64,000 nucleotides of DNA. Origin: Tortispora ganteri (Eukaryota). Position numbers and translations under genes: made by a program. The number at the start of each line of letters is the position of its first letter. The stretch's first letter is position 1. The DNA is taken from NCBI GenBank assembly GCA_003707115.1, contig PPNB01000006.1:310001-374000 (forward strand), given 5' to 3'. The notes under the pieces are model-generated. The model ran no database searches, was not told the origin of the DNA, and saw only the letters and a list, made by a program, of their open reading frames with translations. Of the stretch, positions 55,651 to 64,000 are shown piece after piece.

Positions 55651-57657
55651 ATGGCGCAGTTATTCTCTGATACGGCTCTCACAGATGAGATCGCCTCAGT
55701 TGTACCAGTACCCAGATATATACCGGACGGATTACCGCCCCCTATTAGTATTCGAATCCATACCATTCTAGCTCGGAAAACCGATATAATGCACACAGAT
55801 GATGTGAACGCCCAAATAGTGTGGGCAACAGATGTACTTGATCTAAAACGTATAGCTCATATTTCAGAATCTATTTGCATCATTGCAAACGATATAGTCT
55901 CTCACCTTGCGGCACAACAGCATCCAGATGCCCTATACTATACTGCGAAATGTGCGAGCGAGCAACGCGACTCGGACGACAATACTGCCATCGATCTTTG
56001 TTTCCGTGCTATTAATAGAGGAAACAAGCGTGCATTATATTTACTTGGTCGAATACTCGAGGCAAAAGGTGATATTGAATCAGCTAAACGTTATTATATG
56101 CAAGGTTGCGATAGCCACGACGCGGCTTCTCTATACCGTATTGCGATTTCAAGATTTATCGGTGATCTGAACAATACGGTAGATGTCTCTACGGGTATGC
56201 AATACTTGAGGCATAGTGCTGACAGTGTTGATAGAGACTTTTCGCAGAGTGCTCTCCTTCATGGACTCCTTTTAGCTGGATGGAAAGATCAGATTCAGCT
56301 TCCCAAAGTTATAGATTCTCCTGTGGATTCTACCCTTGCGAAATATTACATTCTTAAAGCTGCTAAGCTCTATAATGCACAGGCACTATTTGCCCTTGGA
56401 ACTGCATGGCAGTCTGCACAGCTCGGCTTTAATTTTGACCCAGAACTTTCATTACATTGCTATCTTCAAGCGTCCTATTATGGCGATCGTAGAGCAGACA
56501 TGGAGTTATCTAAGTGGCTACTTACCGGATATGGAGAAATCTTACCCAAGGATGAACGGCTTGCGGTGTTTTTTGCTCAGCGAGCTGCAGTTGCGGGGAT
56601 CAGCTCTGCTATGTTTGCTATTGGCTACTTCTTTGAAGTAGGCATCTACTTACAGGTATCTAAAGCTCAAGCAACCAAATGGTACATGCTTGCTAAGGAT
56701 GCTGGTTCCACAGAAGCCGCCAAGAGATTATCTGAGTTATCGCTATCACGAACATTAACCCAAAAAGACCACGAGAAAAACATAGAAACTCATCTGAGGC
56801 GCAATTCTTTCATGAGATCTTCTCGAAATCTTCCAGAAAATAGTGACCATAAACAGAGCGAAAAGATAGGTTTTTCCAGATCATCTGATAGATTGGAGAC
56901 TCGAGAACAATCCGCCAACTTGATTGATAGTGCACCGAATATGTACAAACCTTCTATACATCGACGAAATGCCAATAGATCGCCGTCAAGGAAATCATTT
57001 CCTGCAAGTCCTGAAAATACAAGCCCTATATCGTGGTCGACAACCACAAGGTCTCCTTCCAAAAAGCAAGACACCGTTTTTCTACATGAGCCGCCACCTC
57101 TACCTGCAACACCAATTGACTTAAACCCAAGCATTCCTGAACACAAACTGCGGTCAGGATCACCAAACTCTCCGATGACACCAAGTAACCTACCAAAACT
57201 GAATCTTACTGATAAGCTTGGAGAATCTCCGCGATTGACTGATGACTCGCGGCTAACTGGTTTAATTCCCGAAGCCATCAAGGAACATCAACACCAAACA
57301 TCAAGCGAAAAGACGCTCAATATGCACATTCCTGCCTCAGGTCGCGACAGCGCTTCGGAAGCGGAAATCGATTCATCGATATATTGCTCCAAGGCCTGGG
57401 CGGATATTGAACGTCAGATTAACAGTGTGTCAGCTTCTACACAGAAACATTTACCTTCGAGAGTAAGTGCTATTGGCTCAGAGAGTAAGTCTGATACAAG
57501 AGAGTCACATTCTCGTAATTCAGCGAGATCTTCTGGTAATGTTTCTGCTGTCACAGAAACATCTAATGGATCTGGTCACAGTTCAACAGGTCCACAGACG
57601 TTTCAAGAAATGGGTGTTCCCATTGCGAAGAATGAACGCGACTGCACAATTATGTAA
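55651..57657 (+). CDS. Sel1-repeat chitin synthase regulator, Chs4/Skt5-like, with CAAX box
   Basis: Sel1 repeats (AMFAIGYFFEVGI..ATKWY), GPQTFQEMGVP motif and terminal CTIM. Confidence 0.85.
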   Translation: MAQLFSDTALTDEIASVVPVPRYIPDGLPPPISIRIHTILARKTDIMHTDDVNAQIVWATDVLDLKRIAHISESICIIANDIVSHLAAQQHPDALYYTAKCASEQRDSDDNTAIDLCFRAINRGNKRALYLLGRILEAKGDIESAKRYYMQGCDSHDAASLYRIAISRFIGDLNNTVDVSTGMQYLRHSADSVDRDFSQSALLHGLLLAGWKDQIQLPKVIDSPVDSTLAKYYILKAAKLYNAQALFALGTAWQSAQLGFNFDPELSLHCYLQASYYGDRRADMELSKWLLTGYGEILPKDERLAVFFAQRAAVAGISSAMFAIGYFFEVGIYLQVSKAQATKWYMLAKDAGSTEAAKRLSELSLSRTLTQKDHEKNIETHLRRNSFMRSSRNLPENSDHKQSEKIGFSRSSDRLETREQSANLIDSAPNMYKPSIHRRNANRSPSRKSFPASPENTSPISWSTTTRSPSKKQDTVFLHEPPPLPATPIDLNPSIPEHKLRSGSPNSPMTPSNLPKLNLTDKLGESPRLTDDSRLTGLIPEAIKEHQHQTSSEKTLNMHIPASGRDSASEAEIDSSIYCSKAWADIERQINSVSASTQKHLPSRVSAIGSESKSDTRESHSRNSARSSGNVSAVTETSNGSGHSSTGPQTFQEMGVPIAKNERDCTIM

Positions 57658-58471
57658 CCTTCAGTTATGCCCTGCTTCATTTTAATGTTATGCCTGAATG
57701 TAATTAAAATCGAACGTATAAAAGCCGCACACTGAAACGCTAGCGAAGCTTTTAAGACATTTTCGCAAAGCCTATTATCGTTGGCGGAATGGGCACGATG
57801 GTATCTCTACAAGAAGCCATAGAAAGTTTAGCAACTTTGCAATCCTATTAGATCGTGCTTGAGAATCTCGAGAACGAAATCTTATGCCATATACCGCTTT
57901 CGTTGACGATAAAATGCGGTTGTTTTATTCTCTAGATCGCGTTTGAACTTTAATCAATTCGAACAAACATATTACGCATTTCTCATAGCTCCTATAGGGC
58001 GATATGGGAATTTAGGCTTATCTTACGAACTCTAGCACATCAGCCTATTCAAGTTTCATCTTTGAAAAGACCCTTGATATTGCATATTAGTTACATAGAT
58101 ATTTAACGGTAGGACGTTTATTTTCCTGAGAAAACTAAGTCACCTGAAACTAGATTGTAATTGCAATCGGCTGCATTTCTAACGAAGAAGCTGCATTGTT
58201 TCGATCGACGCGCGCCAATCTCGAAACAAGTCAAACCGTTCATATCATAGAACTACTTAAGACATCTAAGTATGATGCTACAAACGTCACAACGGTAATT
58301 CAAGTACTTAAATTTGATAAGATTTAATACTACTTCTGACAAACATTTTGCATATTCAGCAAATTTGACTCGCAGTTCATTCTCTCCGATATTCGTGCTT
58401 AATCTCCTTATCGCTAATCTCCTACTTGAGTTTTTTCCTTCAAGTCCACATTTTCTGCGTATCTTAGCCGA

Positions 58472-59950
58472 ATGTCGAATCCATCGTCATCAGGCCCGGA
58501 CAAGCCCGAACAATACACATCCCATCGAACTGCATCTTTCGGCCCTGCATCTCCTAATAGACCTATTGACTCTCTCAAGCAGCCTGCTCCGCCTGAATTT
58601 GTCTCTCATGAAACTGCTTTTTCCACTCCGCATCATTTCATCAGCTACATTGCGCAAACGTCTGATCCAAAATGGACTTCAGACAACGTTGGTGCAGCCT
58701 TAAGTCTGTTCGCTGAACAAGAACGAACACACCAATTAGCACTGCTCTCTCAGCTCAGAACAAAAGAGCTAGAACTTTTACAAGACTTGCGACGTCATAA
58801 TGTTCCCCCAAGCATCATACCAGAGATTTTTGCATCAACTTTCCCAATGTCTAATTTGCCTAGCTCTCAACCTGAAATGATACATCCTGCATCTCAACAA
58901 CCTATCGTGCACAATCGCTCAGATCCGCCTAGGCGACAATTTCGCCGGTTAGATGACTATACCTATCCTATAGGACGCCCACCTTTTTCGTCTTCTGATA
59001 GCATGCATCCAAACCTTGCGTCAACAATAGAGCAAGTGAGCCATCTCCGTGCTTCACATTCTCTCAGATCTAACCCGTACGCATTAAGTCACCGACAACA
59101 CGATAACATTGATCAAGCCGGTAATAAGTACATCAGAGAAGGTTCTGGTCGAGAAAATGAAATAAGGCAGGGACTTGCTGCCTCTTCGCATGAAGACGCC
59201 CGTCCTATGGATGTAAGTCGATGCCGCACACCACCTGAATCTGCAGCACACCATAGAAGTCCAATTGAGCGCGGCCCTATGGCTGATCTTCAAATACATC
59301 ATTACCAGCCAATCCAAAATGAATTTCCTTCGCAACCTTATGCGCACTTTTTGGAAGGTAATTATAGCTATGATAAGTTCGGCACGAGAAGTTTTCATGA
59401 ACGGCCAACTTCCCCTACTCAAAGCACTACGCAGCTGCGGCCCCCTTTATCTGGTCCAAGTCACGGAACTATGTCAACATTTCGATTAGATTCTCCATAT
59501 GGGGATTCTCACTCTAACCTTGGAGTTCGAGCAGAACCACGAGTCGGTTATCAACCAAGCTACCTACCAGAAATCATTAATGAAACGGAGATTATCGCAT
59601 CAGCTAGTAATACTCCCCCAAGGTCACGGCGCAGGCATTCTCGTGCTCAATCTGAGACTTCAATTCGAGTTGGACGCCATCTGATGGAGCCGTATGCCAC
59701 TGCAGCTGATAGGCGAGCACCTAATATACACCGTCAGCGTAAACAAACACAATCTAGCACCGTTGAGGCTCCTGCTGGTATAAATGCTCTGGTAGAAGCG
59801 GCTGCAGAGACATCTAGACTAATGAAGGATCATTCGCCTGCACCAGATGAAAAACATTCACAGACTGGTAAGCTTGTAAATGATAATGAAGAAAGTGGCA
59901 AAAAACTGTTGGAAACAGCTACAAGTAATGATGAAATGACTGATGCATGA
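58472..59950 (+). CDS. Hypothetical low-complexity protein
   Basis: 492-aa ATG ORF; short helical block ALSLFAEQERTHQ..VPPSIIPEIF; remainder Pro/Ser/His-rich. Confidence 0.75.
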   Translation: MSNPSSSGPDKPEQYTSHRTASFGPASPNRPIDSLKQPAPPEFVSHETAFSTPHHFISYIAQTSDPKWTSDNVGAALSLFAEQERTHQLALLSQLRTKELELLQDLRRHNVPPSIIPEIFASTFPMSNLPSSQPEMIHPASQQPIVHNRSDPPRRQFRRLDDYTYPIGRPPFSSSDSMHPNLASTIEQVSHLRASHSLRSNPYALSHRQHDNIDQAGNKYIREGSGRENEIRQGLAASSHEDARPMDVSRCRTPPESAAHHRSPIERGPMADLQIHHYQPIQNEFPSQPYAHFLEGNYSYDKFGTRSFHERPTSPTQSTTQLRPPLSGPSHGTMSTFRLDSPYGDSHSNLGVRAEPRVGYQPSYLPEIINETEIIASASNTPPRSRRRHSRAQSETSIRVGRHLMEPYATAADRRAPNIHRQRKQTQSSTVEAPAGINALVEAAAETSRLMKDHSPAPDEKHSQTGKLVNDNEESGKKLLETATSNDEMTDA

Positions 59951-60143
59951 CAAGGTTTCCTTGTTTCTTATGCTTCTTATGCTACTTTTAATTTTGCTAT
60001 AATTGAATGCCACTGTTCAAAATAAGATAAAGAAACAGCTCAGCTGGTGTAAACACTCAAAAGTATAATTCTTGTGACAGGTGTAGAGCTACGAAAAATG
60101 TCAATAAGGAATCTATTATATATTTCTCCTGCTCTATAGCCGC

Positions 60144-61688
<1,545 letters not shown>

Positions 61689-63079
61689 TTAGGAGTTTAG
61701 TCGAGTATTTCGAATAAGATAAAAAACCTAAAGAAAGACTAACCAAGTTCAAGAGGGCTGTTCAAAGGTAAATGAAATTGGAGTACGTGCCACGTTGTTA
61801 TTGGTCAAGTTATGTTTTTAAGTTATTGTGATAATCGTGTCTTGCCTACAAATTCTACATTCCTAAACGAGATAATGACTTTTGATGGAATATCGGTCCA
61901 ATCAAGGGAATCCGTCGCTCTTCGAGAGGTTCTGTTACGAGAACGCGTTTTATGCATGATCTGTGTCAATAACTCATACGATTCGGTGCATTGATTAGTG
62001 CCCAAATACTCAATTACTGAAGTAGTCCCGTAAAATTCAAGGAGTAGAACAGCCAACTCAACTCTATTACTATTAACGTTCGAGAACGTTTGTTGCACCA
62101 GCACTTGATCCTTCGCTGCACCCGAGACGACCCTTTATAATATACAGGTCAAATTCGCAAATACCAGTTGCTTGAATTCAAAACCCTTAATGCATAATGA
62201 TCAGTGAAACTAGCAGATAATACTTGTTTATGGACTTTCGAGGTGTTTCACATTGTTAGTTTAACGATTGTCAGCTCAACTACCCTCAACCCCACTTTCT
62301 TAATTTATTTCGATCTATCGGTCTCGGGTAACCGTTTCATTTAAGCCCTATAAAATATCTACTAAATTGCTGATTTACTGTATATTAAATATCAATTTGT
62401 TCACTAAACGGATAAAATACTTGTAGTTCATGCACTAAACACGAACAAGACTAGTATTCTCGGTGAACTATGGCCAAATATTATAACCTAAAACACGCAC
62501 TATAATGGCCAAACGAAACTCTAGTATTTTACCAAACATAGCCGCTTTTCATGAGATGATAAACTCATAATCCGATAAGGTAACTGCATTCATCAACTGC
62601 AGATTAGAATAGTAACCTACTCAGCTATTATCACTAACAATGCCTTAAGTGGTTATATCTTTATATGGTGAACTTTCTTAAGGAGTTTATAAGGGCGATA
62701 AGTTCGATACATTACAGCTACGATTCGCCAGTACTCATAATTAACTTTCTGGTTTCTTTTTAGGGTTTAGAAAAGCAAACAGATACTAACCACTAACCAC
62801 CGAACCCCCTTTTCTTTACATTTGACGTGTTTCTTTTTCTGCACGTGTGTTTTTTAACCCTCGGAACTGCTATTGAAGTTTTATTTAGCCTGATCGCAAC
62901 AGATTTTTGTTATTTTGGCCGAACTTCAATATAATTGTTCTGATAATTTTCGTCTGTGTTTAAAGCAAACACTGTTTAGATCACTATTTTCGACCGCACT
63001 TCCCCGATCTCATCAAACACATTTGCCGTAATAATACGGTCATTCAAATCCACGTATTTTTATTGATTACTCATTAATA

Positions 63080-64000
63080 ATGGGCTCTGAAAGACCTGCT
63101 GATGTTGAAAGCCAATCGGCGACTACATCGACACCCCCTCCTCCTGTGCCGCCTAAGCCTCCAACCAGCTCCTTGACTGCAGCTGCTTATGTATCAACAT
63201 GGATCGCGCTCTCTTCATCCGTCATCCTTTACAATAAATATGTGCTACATACGCTACACTTCAGCTTCCCAGTTTTTTTGACTGCCTGGCATATGGTTTT
63301 CTCTACTATCGTCACACAGATAATGGCACATTTCACTCATATTCTTGATGATCGCCATCGTATAAAAATGAACCCGTCAATGTACATCAAGCTTATTGTG
63401 CCTATTGGCATATGCTTCAACTTCTCGTTGATTTTTAACAATCAAGCCTATCTGTACCTTTCCGTGGCTTTCATCCAAATGTTGAAAGCTACCACTCCTG
63501 TTGCTGTATTGCTGGTTTCTTATGCTACTCGTGTAGAGGCTTTCAATCTTCGCACTTTACTAAACGTTTCTATAATTGTGGTTGGTGTGATGATTGCCTC
63601 ATACGGTGAGATTGCTTTCAGCCTTGTAGGATTTTTATTCCAGATTTCTGGCATTGCTTTCGAAGCCACTCGACTTGTTATGGTTGGTCAATTACTCAAC
63701 GGACCTAACCTAAAGATGAACCCATTGGTATCGTTATATTATTTTGCGCCTATTTGTGGACTTTTCCTTATTATTATTTTCTTTTTCACCGAGTTCTCTA
63801 AATTCGGCATGGCAAATATTCAACAGATCGGCCCCTTTGTTCTGTTGTCTAATGCCGCTGTTGCTTTCTGCCTCAACGTTGCAGTAGTAATGCTTGTTGG
63901 AAAGACTTCTTCTCTTGTGCTAACCTTGTGCGGAATTTTGAAAGATATATTGCTAGTGTTTGCTTCGATGATGATCTGGCGCACCATTGTCACACCTTTG
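63080..64000 (+). CDS. glfB: Nucleotide-sugar (TPT-family) transporter, UDP-Galf transporter GlfB/UgtA-like; 3'-truncated by the window
   Basis: Manual translation: MGSERPADVES...AYVSTWIALSSSVILYNKY..FPVFLTAWH..IVPIG..YLYLSVAFIQMLKATTPVAVL. Open to the window end and adjacent to glfA. Confidence 0.88.
   Translation, partial: MGSERPADVESQSATTSTPPPPVPPKPPTSSLTAAAYVSTWIALSSSVILYNKYVLHTLHFSFPVFLTAWHMVFSTIVTQIMAHFTHILDDRHRIKMNPSMYIKLIVPIGICFNFSLIFNNQAYLYLSVAFIQMLKATTPVAVLLVSYATRVEAFNLRTLLNVSIIVVGVMIASYGEIAFSLVGFLFQISGIAFEATRLVMVGQLLNGPNLKMNPLVSLYYFAPICGLFLIIIFFFTEFSKFGMANIQQIGPFVLLSNAAVAFCLNVAVVMLVGKTSSLVLTLCGILKDILLVFASMMIWRTIVTPL

Noticed and set aside
62579..62880. 5'-UTR intron of glfB (TACTAAC at about 62784) and telomere-like TTAGGG words
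   Set aside because: The next AG is about 87 nt from the branch, versus 9-21 nt in the other introns here. The TTAGGG words are isolated and not arrayed.

Overview
Gene-dense fungal nuclear DNA, most consistent with an early-diverging Saccharomycotina-like yeast. The organism is an inference from the few introns (GTAAGT/GTGAGT donors, ACTAAC branch points close to the 3' YAG), the tiny intergenic gaps and CTG read as Leu at a conserved ELP3 site. The window holds about 36 protein genes, mostly housekeeping (VPS45, ELP3, HSH49, ERG3, ERG28, YIP4, YIP5, a PPR protein, FYV7, SRP68, STS1, SCS2, MAP2, POR1, BUG1-like, BNA2, URB2, NSR1, Mto1-like, NOG2, ISM1, CHS4-like). It also contains a tRNA-Thr(AGT) and an intronic three-hairpin H/ACA snoRNA (snR191/U19 type) in NOG2. 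A tandem array of Dal5/Tna1-type MFS permeases has two apparently gene-converted copies and a deleted pseudogene at a constant ~3.41 kb period. The most notable content is a glycan-precursor toolkit not found in model budding yeasts. It comprises a divergent UDP-galactopyranose mutase / UDP-Galf transporter pair (glfA-glfB; the transporter is absent from the ORF track because it runs off the window), a UDP-xylose synthase and a UDP-glucose 4,6-dehydratase. A class II DAHP synthase is also present. All homology calls are from recognising motifs by eye; no searches were run.
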